Positions 18,337-26,879 of a stretch of DNA of 64,000 bases are shown here, piece after piece. The translations under genes and the position numbers were made by a program. Origin of the DNA: an uncultured delta proteobacterium (lineage in GTDB: Bacteria; Desulfobacterota; RBG-13-43-22); the NCBI GenBank assembly GCA_963843145.1, contig CAWJJC010000022.1, positions 192,001 through 256,000 on the forward strand, given 5' to 3'. A model generated the notes under the pieces. That model saw only the letters and a program-made list of their open reading frames with translations. It had not been told where the DNA came from and ran no database searches. Positions within the stretch are counted from its first letter, which is position 1. The number at the start of each line of letters is the position of its first letter.

Positions 18337-20493
18337 TTAAAAGGGCTTGGGATTGGGGGCGGTTTCGTCCGGTTCGGGGGCATATGCGCCGGCAAATCGG
18401 GTTAGGTCGCCGATCACTTGGTCGATGCCCTCAGTGGCGGGCGACAGTCTTTTTACGTGCGCATAGGCTCGCAGGGCCACATCGAACCTCGCAAGTTTGA
18501 TCGCGCAATCGCCCAGTGTGCGGAGCGCTCCAACATCTTGCGGGTCGAGATGCAGGGCGCGGTTCACATAGTCGGTGGCTCGGTTGTAATTTTCCTGATG
18601 CAGGTACAAACTGGCCAGATTGTTAAGTAAGTCTAAATTTTGGGGGTCTATTTTCAAGCCGTTGATGAAAGCGATCTCGGCCTGCTCGGGGCGATTTGCC
18701 ATAAAGTAGCTGTAGCCCAGGTCGTTCGAGAGCGATACCGCCGCTTCACTGGTTTGATCAAGATTGAGTGCCTCAGTCAATAATTGAATCGCCTGTTCCC
18801 AATTGCCGGCCGTTAGTTCAGACTGGACCATTTTTTCCAATCCGCCAATGGGGGCCACCGAATCTTCTGCTTTTTTGCGGGGGATTGTATTGACAATTAA
18901 TGGAATCGATGCGCTGGGAGGTAGCGGGATATAATATTGCGATAAATCTCTTGTGTCAAGAATAAGGGTATAGTTGGCGCCATAGGGTAAATTTTGTGGT
19001 AGTTTCCACTTAGTCTTGAATATTTCCCAATTACGCTCCAGGCTTTGCCGATAATTAATCCCGGCGCCCTTGAATGTTTGACTGCCCGTATGATGAATGA
19101 AGGCGTCCTGCGCAATTCGAGCTTTGAAACCGGCTGCAGTTGCTCGAAAGCAATAATCGTCATCTTCAAAATTTCCGCTGCCAAATTGTTCGTCCAATCC
19201 GCCGATTCGGTCAATAACTTCACGTTTAGCCAGCAAACAGAACCCAACAACCCTCGGAAATTCCATTGTTTGTCCCATATGTTCAACCGACCACTGTTTG
19301 GCAAAGTGGTGCATTTCTTCAAGACTCTTGTAAGAAGCTCCCTTGACTTGCTGTGGACCTGAAACATAATTGGAAACCGGGCCGACGATACCTACTTCTA
19401 AATACTTTTCAAATACCGATAACATACGAACCAGCCAGCCTTCGGTCACGACGGTGTCGTTGTTAAGCAGAAGCAAATAATTTCCATTGGCCAAAGCCAG
19501 GCCTTGATTATTGCCAGCGGCAAACCCCAGATTCTCTTTGTTTTCAATAAGTCTGTAATTAGGATTCTCCCGAATCATTTTTCTTAACCATGTAACCGTG
19601 CCATCCGTGGAGGCATTGTCAACGAAAATGATTTCGTGAGCTTCCGGGGTATGACTCTGGATACTCTTCACACACTTTTTCGTACATTCAAGCTGATTGA
19701 AGGTGAGGATGACGATGGACGTCTTATTCGTTATGTAGGTATGATCAGTCAAGCTGTCCCTGAGCACAGGGGGCAACGCGAGGATCGGCTGGTTAACGGC
19801 GTGCCTGTAAGCGGGCGGATGAGTTGGGTGTAGATTTAACAATAAGTTATCAGTATCCCAAGCTTTCCAAACCGATTGAAACCAGTCAGGCCGTATCTCG
19901 TGGGAATGACTGAATGTCGTTATTTTTTTTCTGACTTGTTCATCACTTCTTGCATAGCTCAGGTGATGGCAGAATCCGATTTCCGGCGGAATCATCCCAT
20001 GGCTATTGCTCCCCACATTGCGGTTCTCTTCAAATCTCACCCCGCCGGTTTTTACAAAAACTACCGGTTTGAATGGTTCCCGAGGTTCTATTTTAAACAA
20101 GGGAGATTTCCAATAGGTATCCCATGTCATATGCCAGCATTCTATTTCTGGATGCTTTCTGACAAAGATCATCATGTTTCTTAGCTGGACAGAATCGTAA
20201 ATCTCATCAGCATCCACGACAAAGCAATAATCAAGTCCCTCCTTTTCAATAAGTTGGAGTCCGGCATTGCGTTGATCGGCCTCGTTGTCCCATGTGCCAT
20301 GGATGATTTGTATTTTTCTGTCGGTATCAGGGTAGTCTTGAATACACCTTAAGGTGCTGGTGTTATCCGAACGGTTACCATGCCAAGGTTTGTCCCCGAT
20401 CAAGAAAAATATCTTATCACAACAGCTATAAACCGAAGAGAGTGATTGATGGAGCCAAGTATCATCATCATAAACACAATAGACAGACTGCAA
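18337..20493 (-). CDS. GT2-GT2-TPR glycosyltransferase (probably the 3' part of a frameshifted fusion)
   Basis: VVDADE; second GT2 TSIVILTFN, VDNASTDGT, LLLNNDT, FEDDDYC; TPRs; TTG start without RBS. Confidence 0.8.
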   Translation of the reverse strand: MQSVYCVYDDDTWLHQSLSSVYSCCDKIFFLIGDKPWHGNRSDNTSTLRCIQDYPDTDRKIQIIHGTWDNEADQRNAGLQLIEKEGLDYCFVVDADEIYDSVQLRNMMIFVRKHPEIECWHMTWDTYWKSPLFKIEPREPFKPVVFVKTGGVRFEENRNVGSNSHGMIPPEIGFCHHLSYARSDEQVRKKITTFSHSHEIRPDWFQSVWKAWDTDNLLLNLHPTHPPAYRHAVNQPILALPPVLRDSLTDHTYITNKTSIVILTFNQLECTKKCVKSIQSHTPEAHEIIFVDNASTDGTVTWLRKMIRENPNYRLIENKENLGFAAGNNQGLALANGNYLLLLNNDTVVTEGWLVRMLSVFEKYLEVGIVGPVSNYVSGPQQVKGASYKSLEEMHHFAKQWSVEHMGQTMEFPRVVGFCLLAKREVIDRIGGLDEQFGSGNFEDDDYCFRATAAGFKARIAQDAFIHHTGSQTFKGAGINYRQSLERNWEIFKTKWKLPQNLPYGANYTLILDTRDLSQYYIPLPPSASIPLIVNTIPRKKAEDSVAPIGGLEKMVQSELTAGNWEQAIQLLTEALNLDQTSEAAVSLSNDLGYSYFMANRPEQAEIAFINGLKIDPQNLDLLNNLASLYLHQENYNRATDYVNRALHLDPQDVGALRTLGDCAIKLARFDVALRAYAHVKRLSPATEGIDQVIGDLTRFAGAYAPEPDETAPNPKPF

Positions 20494-21643
20494 AAGATTT
20501 CGTTGTTAATGTTATTGGGTCGCTTTCAAATGGCTTTTTTGCCTGTACATTAATGTTTACAGGATTCCTTTCATTCCCCCATTGCAGCGATTCGATATGC
20601 GTAATCTCAAATCCTGCATTTTCAAGCAATTTCTTTACCTTTTTCTTGGTAAATAGATCTTTGTGCAATCCGCCGATTTTATCTGCCTCACCATATTCTC
20701 CATGTGTATAACGCATGGCCTCTTCAAGATCAAAAATCTTTCGGGTATTTCCATTTGTTTGTGCAATATAGGCTTTAATAACTTCATCAAAATCAGGAAT
20801 GGAATCAATTTTAATAACACCGCCTTGCTTTAAAATACGATGCCACTCAGACAAAGCCTTTTCTTGCTCGAATGAGTAAAGGTGCTCAAAAACTGCATTT
20901 AAATAGATTTCATCGATACTGTCATCTTCAAAATAACTTAAGTCCGTAATGTCAAGCTGCAAATCTGCTTCGCATCGGTACAGATCAATATTAATATAAC
21001 CGGGTAGAATTCTCGCTCCGCAGCCTAAATGTAATTTATTTATGTTAGTTTTTGAAATTCTCTTTTTGCCTTCCGCGGATTTGTTGCCTAGATATTCCTT
21101 GCGGGTCCTTTCGTCAGTTATGTACCAGATGGATGTCTTGTTATATAGTTTTACATTTTCGCCGAAAATCTCATCTACTGCTTGTTTAACTTCCTTGGAA
21201 TGAGAATAGTCATGCCCACAAAGCAATCCTCCGGGCCTTAATAGTGGAATGGATAGCTGTATATCCATTTTGACATTTTCATAAAAATGGCTACCATCTA
21301 CAAAAATTAAATCAAAGTCTTTGTTAAGTATCTTGAGAACTTCTTGACTATTTCCAATGACAAGCTCAATTTTCGTGCCCAATAATTCATGTATGTTCTT
21401 TATATAGGTAGTGGCCAGATCTGCGGTGAGAGAGTATTTGCCGAAATCGCCAACAAATGAATCGATATCTAACAAGGAACCTTTTATGTTCTTGCCTATG
21501 ACATAAGAAGACCGACCCTTGTAGCAACCAATCTGCAAAGCATTCTTTGCATTTGCAGCCTGGCTACCTAGAAATGACAGTTCATCTTCGCTCATCCAGC
21601 CATCAATCTTCAGAGCTTCGACTAATCCTAATATATTCAACAT
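20468..21643 (-). CDS. Tandem class I SAM methyltransferase domains (5' part of probable fusion)
   Basis: IDGWMSEDEL, IGCYKGRSS, IFVDGSH, GGLLCGHDY; second domain LHLGCG...GYINID, VFEHL, EWHRILKQGG; ATG at 21643 after GGAGG. Confidence 0.8.
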   Translation of the reverse strand: MLNILGLVEALKIDGWMSEDELSFLGSQAANAKNALQIGCYKGRSSYVIGKNIKGSLLDIDSFVGDFGKYSLTADLATTYIKNIHELLGTKIELVIGNSQEVLKILNKDFDLIFVDGSHFYENVKMDIQLSIPLLRPGGLLCGHDYSHSKEVKQAVDEIFGENVKLYNKTSIWYITDERTRKEYLGNKSAEGKKRISKTNINKLHLGCGARILPGYINIDLYRCEADLQLDITDLSYFEDDSIDEIYLNAVFEHLYSFEQEKALSEWHRILKQGGVIKIDSIPDFDEVIKAYIAQTNGNTRKIFDLEEAMRYTHGEYGEADKIGGLHKDLFTKKKVKKLLENAGFEITHIESLQWGNERNPVNINVQAKKPFESDPITLTTKSFAVCLLCL

Positions 21644-21657
21644 ATCAAACCTCCCGC

Positions 21658-21860
21658 GTGAGTAGGCCGGGGAATTCCACCCCCATCCCCTCGCAGAAAG
21701 ATGGGTGAGCCTTCTCGACACACCGCGCCCCATCAAGCAAACATGGCAAGCATCACCTGTTACCAGTGAATAAGAAAATGAGGCTGCCTATTCGCAATAC
21801 CTTCAATAAAAAGCCCGACTCGGTACTGCGAATTCTGATGAAATCGACTCATAGCCCCGG
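21658..21860 (-). mobile_element. Degenerate group II intron 3' remnant (IEP C-terminus plus domains V/VI)
   Basis: Minus strand reads ...GLFIEGIANRQPHFLIHW*QVMLAMFA* then GTCGAGAAGGCTCAC...TTCTGCGAGGGGATGGGGGTGGAATTCCCCGGCCTACTCAC, matching the usual DV/DVI pattern. Confidence 0.75.
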
Positions 21861-21934
21861 AATTCTCCGACATTTTCCCAGATTTGAAAAACGATTTCAA
21901 ATAAACCCTGAATACGAGGTTCGCACAACCCTCG

Positions 21935-22130
21935 GAAGCGCTTTAGAGGCATGACCGCCCAGCGGATTCTTCTCCCGTTAACCCCAGACCCACTCCCTGT
22001 TTTCATAGCAATTATTTCTGGTGATGTTGTCCAACACCTTCCGCCAGAACGCCAACCACGACCCTTTGAAACCAGTATGGCCGGTGATCGGGGCGGTCTT
22101 TTCTTTGTAAATGTTATCGAACAATATTCA
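21935..22130 (-). pseudogene. rfbG: CDP-glucose 4,6-dehydratase remnant (internally deleted, in-frame stop)
   Basis: Manual translation LFDNIYKEKTAPITGHTGFKGSWLAFW...NITRNNCYENREWVWG*REKNPLGGH. Confidence 0.75.
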
Positions 22131-22392
22131 TTCCGCCTGATTGATTACCCTGTACAAAAGGCTTTCCGTCATAATTACAGCTCAAACGCCTCAGTATAAC
22201 AAAAGACCCCGCTATAAAAGTAACGCAAGGTCTTGCTTTAGTACAGCAATATTGATGCCACTTCATATTGCAACTCCAAGGATTGATCATAGACACCTTT
22301 AAAGACATCTTGAATTCGTTGAAGTGCTATCCATAAGATCTCCCGATCATTGACCTGCCCAAGGAGACAACAAATTAAACAACCTACATATT

Positions 22393-22593
22393 TTAGGCCT
22401 CCAGGTATTCCTGAGGATCATTTTTCCGACCAGGTTGGCAATTTCTTCCGAAGCCGTGCTCACAGGTCAAATCGATGACATATACGCCTTCCTCCCAGGG
22501 CCAAACAGACCCGGGCATAAACTCCGGCTAGTAAAAATCTCCGCCTTCGATGTTTGGAGGGGTCTCGATCTGGGCGATGAGCATAGGTTCCAT
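22393..22593 (-). pseudogene. Truncated gene remnant, possibly the N-terminus of a glycosyltransferase
   Basis: MEPMLIAQIETPPNIEGGDFY*...EEGVYVIDLTCEH directly after a sigma54 promoter; internal stop. Confidence 0.35.
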
Positions 22594-22609
22594 ATCTAGA
22601 GGTAATTTA

Positions 22610-22625
22610 TGCAAAAAACTTGCCT
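22610..22625 (-). promoter_or_regulatory. sigma54 promoter facing the glycosylation island
   Basis: Minus strand AGGCAAGTTTTTTGCA, GG-N10-GC. Confidence 0.6.
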
Positions 22626-22689
22626 GGATAGCTGGGGAGAGTTTTTTATTGCCGCGGACACCCGCGGACCCTAACGGGAAAAAATAACT

Positions 22690-22715
22690 TCACCGCAAAG
22701 GCGCGAAGAACGCAA
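22690..22715 (+). repeat. Short intergenic repeat with 9-nt periodicity (copy 2)
   Basis: TCACCGCAAAGGCGCGAAGAACGCAA; matches reverse complement of 9731-9756. Confidence 0.55.
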
Positions 22716-23166
22716 AGGAAAGATTGCCATTTCTTCTTTTTCGAAAAGACACGAAAAAATAAAAAGTTCCGTCGTTTCGCCAATGTTAGGTGCAGCCCGA
22801 TGGGTTTGGTGGTTAGGGTGAAGGCAGGTCGAATACCCTGCGGGGCCGGGGCCTCAGGACAAGAAGTTTTTAGAGCAGAGGGAATGTTTTTAGTGTCAAT
22901 TATTTGACATAATATGGAAATAGTTTTTGTAGGCTTTGGTCACCCTGTTTCTTTTCAATCCCACGCTTCAGCTTTACCCTTGCCTTTAGATAAAGCCCGG
23001 GGCAAACCCTTTCGCTCCTCGGCAATTTGCCTGGCCAGATAAATTTTCGCCAGACTCAATAAATATTTTCTCCTCAATGTTTTTGATTGGCCTTTCGTTG
23101 GATGTGGAGAGAACAGTATCCCTCGCCTATCTGTCCGGGGAAGCCGCCGGACCTGGACTTGTCGCT

Positions 23167-23213
23167 AATTCCCATTGACCCATTATGGGAATTGTAATAT
23201 AGTTAGGGTCAAT
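23167..23213 (+). promoter_or_regulatory. sigma70 promoter overlapped by inverted repeats (probable TA autoregulatory operator)
   Basis: TTGACC-N17-TATAGT; AATTCCCAT/ATGGGAATT and ATTGACCC/GGGTCAAT inverted pairs. Confidence 0.6.
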
Positions 23214-23233
23214 AAAGCAAGGAGGCTGGGAGT

Positions 23234-23512
23234 ATGCAAAATAATATCAATATAAACGACGAGTTCCAGGAGATCGGGACAAAAACAATGGATGAACGAA
23301 ACCGGCTCACTTTGGGGGAACTTTTCAAGGGCTATAAAAGAATTCGTTTGTTTAAGAACGACCGGGGCGAAGTTCTGTTGCAACCGATCGTGGAGATCCC
23401 GGCCTCAGAGCTATGGCTGTACCGAAATAAGGAGGCTTTTCAGAGTGTTCAAAGGGGGGTAGAGGACGCTGCTGAGGGGAAAATAACCAAACTTAACCTC
23501 GACGAGCTTTAG
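23234..23512 (+). CDS. Putative AbrB/MraZ-like antitoxin
   Basis: TMDERNRLTLG, GEVLLQP, WLY..EAFQSVQRGVEDAAEGKI; acidic; upstream of a RelE-like gene. Confidence 0.6.
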   Translation: MQNNININDEFQEIGTKTMDERNRLTLGELFKGYKRIRLFKNDRGEVLLQPIVEIPASELWLYRNKEAFQSVQRGVEDAAEGKITKLNLDEL

Positions 23513-23521
23513 GGATCCCAA

Positions 23522-23815
23522 TTGTTTGATTTATTTCTCACCAATGAGGCTGGAAATCAATTAAACGGGCTTAAAAACGATAAAGGCCTGGAAAAAAGAT
23601 ACAATGCCGTCAAAAAAGCCTTCCGGTTTCTTTCTGCGAATCCACGACACCAAGGTCTTAATACCCATGAGTTTACCGGATTGCAAGGACCAGGAGGGGA
23701 GAAAGTATTTGAGGCTTACGCTGAACAATCTACTCCGGCAGCCTACCGAATTTTTTGGTATTACGGCCCCGCCAAAAACCAAATTACCATCCTAGCCATC
23801 ACCCCGCATCCGTAA
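23522..23815 (+). CDS. Putative RelE/ParE-superfamily toxin
   Basis: 97 aa basic protein; NPRHQGLNTHEF, VFEAYA, AYRIFWYYGP, ITILAITPHP. Confidence 0.65.
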   Translation: MFDLFLTNEAGNQLNGLKNDKGLEKRYNAVKKAFRFLSANPRHQGLNTHEFTGLQGPGGEKVFEAYAEQSTPAAYRIFWYYGPAKNQITILAITPHP

Positions 23816-23862
23816 GCTGATTTTTTCATTATCGGAAATCAGTCAGAGGATGGGAGAGTACG

Positions 23863-24108
23863 TTACGACAGGACTAATTTGATCCCCTCGGTGTTTCGCT
23901 CAATTTTGTCTCCCACGGAGGTGAAACAGGCGGCACAGAGGTATTCGTATTTATCCCCTTCGGGGAGAACCAGGAGCAGCCGTTTCTTGACCGGCATGGC
24001 CTGTCGGCACTTCGGACAATAGAGGGCGCTGGCCTCAAACTGATCAAACTGGGCCTGTCTGCGGACGGGCCGTAAAGGAGGATTGAAGTAGGGATTGGGT
24101 TTTTTCAT
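23863..24108 (-). CDS. Small zinc-ribbon protein
   Basis: CPKC and CAAC pairs in 81 aa. Confidence 0.75.
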   Translation of the reverse strand: MKKPNPYFNPPLRPVRRQAQFDQFEASALYCPKCRQAMPVKKRLLLVLPEGDKYEYLCAACFTSVGDKIERNTEGIKLVLS

Positions 24109-24329
24109 CTATCGTTTGTCCTAGGTCCGGTACGATCAAAAATTAAGACTATATTAAGGCGGTTACCTGTACTTGTCAAGTCCTGTGGGAAGTCTTCCTC
24201 CGGATCGCCGGGGCCCGTTTGGGTTTTGAGTTGCAATTGAGGACGAAATTGAATATAACCTAACCATACGGAAACAGATTTGAAAATCCGATTCCAGGCC
24301 TAATAATCGAATCACGGAGGAAAGGTCCT

Positions 24330-24731
24330 ATGAAGATCAAACGGATTGCCCATATCGGAGTGGCCGTGAAGGACGCCGACGCATCCAAGCTCTTTTACCA
24401 GGAGATGCTTACCCTCCCGGTGGATCGGGAGGAACGGCTGGGAGAATTGAAAATTGCCTTTGTCCCGGTGGGACAGACCAATGTGGAATTGGTTCAATCC
24501 ACCGACCCGGAAGGGGTCATGAATAAATTTATCGATAAGCGCGGGGAAGGGATCCACCATATCGCCTTTGAGGTGGAGGACATCGACCAGGCTCTTGAGG
24601 AATTAAAGGCCAAAGGGGTCACCCTGATTGACCAGCAGGCCCGGTCGGGGGCCCACGAGGCCCGAATCGCCTTCCTGCATCCCAAAGGGACTTACGGAGT
24701 GTTGATTGAACTGGTTCAATATACCCATTAG
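24330..24731 (+). CDS. mce: Methylmalonyl-CoA epimerase (VOC family)
   Basis: IAHIGVAVKD, KRGEGIHHIAFEV, IAFLHPK, GVLIELVQ. Confidence 0.9.
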   Translation: MKIKRIAHIGVAVKDADASKLFYQEMLTLPVDREERLGELKIAFVPVGQTNVELVQSTDPEGVMNKFIDKRGEGIHHIAFEVEDIDQALEELKAKGVTLIDQQARSGAHEARIAFLHPKGTYGVLIELVQYTH

Positions 24732-24850
24732 CTCTGAATTCGAAACCCGAAACAAATACGAATTTCAGTTTTCGAAATTAACAAAATAAAACCATAGCCA
24801 GAGAAAGATGTAGTTCAGGCAGTATAAAGCGTTTTGGAGGGATTTGATCC

Positions 24851-25696
24851 ATGTGGGATTATACGGAAAAAGTGAAGGAATATTTTGAGAATCCAAAAAA
24901 TATCGGGGAGGTGGAAAACCCCGACGGGGTGGGCGAGGTGGGTTCCCTGGCCTGCGGTGACGCCCTGAAGCTGACCTTTAAGCTGGACGAACAAAAACGG
25001 ATCCAGGAGGCTAAATTTCAGACTTTCGGCTGCGCCAGCGCCATTGCCTCCTCCTCGGCCTTAACCGAACTGATCCTCGGCAAGACTCTGGAAGAGGCGG
25101 GGAAAATCACCAACAAAGATATCGCCTCCTTTTTAGGCGGTCTGCCGAAAGAGAAGATGCATTGTTCGGTGCTGGGCGAACAGGCCCTGGCCGCAGCCAT
25201 AGCCAACTATCGGGGACAAACGCTTCCGAAGACGGAAGAGGGGGAAATCGTCTGCGAGTGCTTCGGGGTCACGGATAAGGAAATCGAACGGGTGATCCGG
25301 GAAAACGGGCTAAAAACCCGCGAAGAAGTGACCAACTATACCAAGGCCGGAGGCGGTTGCGAATCCTGCCATGAGAAGATTGAAGCCCTTCTGGCCCGAA
25401 TCCTGAAAGAAGACCAAGGCTCCCGGCCGGCGCCGGCAGTCAAAAAAACGGTGTTGACCAATATCCAGAAGATGAAACTGATTGAAGAGACCCTGGAAAG
25501 AGAGATTAAACCGGCGTTGAAGGCCGACGGCGGGGATATCGACCTGATCGACATTGACGGCAACAAAGTGCTGGTGGCTTTACGGGGGGCCTGTTCCTCC
25601 TGCCGGGCCGCTGAGGTAACCTTAAAGGATTATGTGGAGTTTAAATTGAAGGAATTCGTGGCCCCGGAGATCATTGTGGAGGAGGTCAAATCGTGA
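24851..25696 (+). CDS. nifU: Fe-S scaffold NifU (three-domain)
   Basis: GSLACGDAL, FGCASAIAS, KMHCSV, CECFGV...GGGCESC, GACSSC. Confidence 0.95.
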   Translation: MWDYTEKVKEYFENPKNIGEVENPDGVGEVGSLACGDALKLTFKLDEQKRIQEAKFQTFGCASAIASSSALTELILGKTLEEAGKITNKDIASFLGGLPKEKMHCSVLGEQALAAAIANYRGQTLPKTEEGEIVCECFGVTDKEIERVIRENGLKTREEVTNYTKAGGGCESCHEKIEALLARILKEDQGSRPAPAVKKTVLTNIQKMKLIEETLEREIKPALKADGGDIDLIDIDGNKVLVALRGACSSCRAAEVTLKDYVEFKLKEFVAPEIIVEEVKS

Positions 25697-26865
25697 AGGT
25701 TATTTATATGGACAATAACGCCACCACCCGGACTGCTCCGGAGGTGGTGGAGGCCATGTTGCCTTTTTTTTCCACCCTTTATGGGAACCCTTCCAGCATG
25801 CACTTTTTCGGCGGCCAGGTAGCTAAAAATGTTCAGCAGGCCCGGGAACAGACGGCCGCCTTGATCGGGGCCGACCCTTCGGAAATTATTTTTACCAGTT
25901 GCGGTACCGAAAGCGATAATGCTTCCCTCTGGGGAACCCTGAATTCCTATCCCCAAAAGAAACACCTGATCACCACCCGGGTGGAGCATCCGGCCGTTTT
26001 GAACCTGGCCACTTATCTATCCAAGAGAGGGTACCGGGTGACTTTGTTGCCGGTGGACCGGGAAGGCCGTTTGGACCTGGACCAACTGGCCGCCGCCATC
26101 ACCGAGGAAACAGCCATTGTCAGCATCATGTGGGCCAATAACGAAACCGGGGTGGTGTTTCCCATCGAGGAAATAGCGGCCCTGGTCAAGTCCAAGGGTT
26201 CGGTGTTCCACACCGACGCCGTCCAGGCCGTGGGCAAGGCGCCCATCAATCTACAAAAGATCCCGATCGACCTTTTGGCCTTTTCCGGCCACAAACTCCA
26301 TGCCCCCAAAGGGATCGGGGTCCTCTATATCCGGAGGGGAACCCGCTTTACCCCTTTTCTGATGGGGGGTCATCAGGAAAAAGGCCGTCGGGGCGGGACG
26401 GAAAATGTCCCCTATATCATCGGCCTGGGCCAGGCCTGCCAATTGGCCCAGGTCCGTTTGATCGATGAAAACCAGCGGGTGCGGAGCCTGCGGGACAAAC
26501 TGGAGCAGGGGATCCTGGATCGAATCCCCCGAGTCCTGATTAACGGCGACCGGATTCTGCGCCTGCCGAACACCGTAAGCGTCAGCTTTGAATACGTGGA
26601 AGGGGAGTCGATCCTTCTGCTGATGAGCAACCTGGGGATCTGCGCCTCTTCCGGTTCGGCCTGCACCTCCGGGTCCCTGGAACCCTCCCATGTCCTGCGG
26701 GCCATGGGGGTTCCTTTTACCGCCGCTCACGGCTCGATTCGTTTCAGCCTGAGCCCTTATAACACTGAGGAAGAAGTGGACTTTGTTTTGGAGCATCTTC
26801 CAAAAATCATTTCCCGTTTGCGGGAGATTTCGCCTTTCTGGAAGAATCGGGAGCCGAAAATCTGA
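25693..26865 (+). CDS. nifS: Cysteine desulfurase NifS
   Basis: YMDNNATT, HTDAVQ, SGHKLHAPKG, SSGSACTS. Confidence 0.95.
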   Translation: MKVIYMDNNATTRTAPEVVEAMLPFFSTLYGNPSSMHFFGGQVAKNVQQAREQTAALIGADPSEIIFTSCGTESDNASLWGTLNSYPQKKHLITTRVEHPAVLNLATYLSKRGYRVTLLPVDREGRLDLDQLAAAITEETAIVSIMWANNETGVVFPIEEIAALVKSKGSVFHTDAVQAVGKAPINLQKIPIDLLAFSGHKLHAPKGIGVLYIRRGTRFTPFLMGGHQEKGRRGGTENVPYIIGLGQACQLAQVRLIDENQRVRSLRDKLEQGILDRIPRVLINGDRILRLPNTVSVSFEYVEGESILLLMSNLGICASSGSACTSGSLEPSHVLRAMGVPFTAAHGSIRFSLSPYNTEEEVDFVLEHLPKIISRLREISPFWKNREPKI

Positions 26866-26879
26866 AATGAGGAGCGCCT

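Noticed and set aside
22668-22795. attC-like CCTAAC...GTTAGGT pair
   Set aside because: Intervening sequence is not palindromic and there is no integrase or cassette array
22795-22850. tRNA-like GCAGGTCGAATACCCTGC hairpin
   Set aside because: No canonical TTCRA loop, D arm or anticodon arm; too short
24851-26865. nifUS as evidence of nitrogen fixation
   Set aside because: No nitrogenase genes in the window; NIF-type Fe-S assembly is housekeeping in many anaerobes
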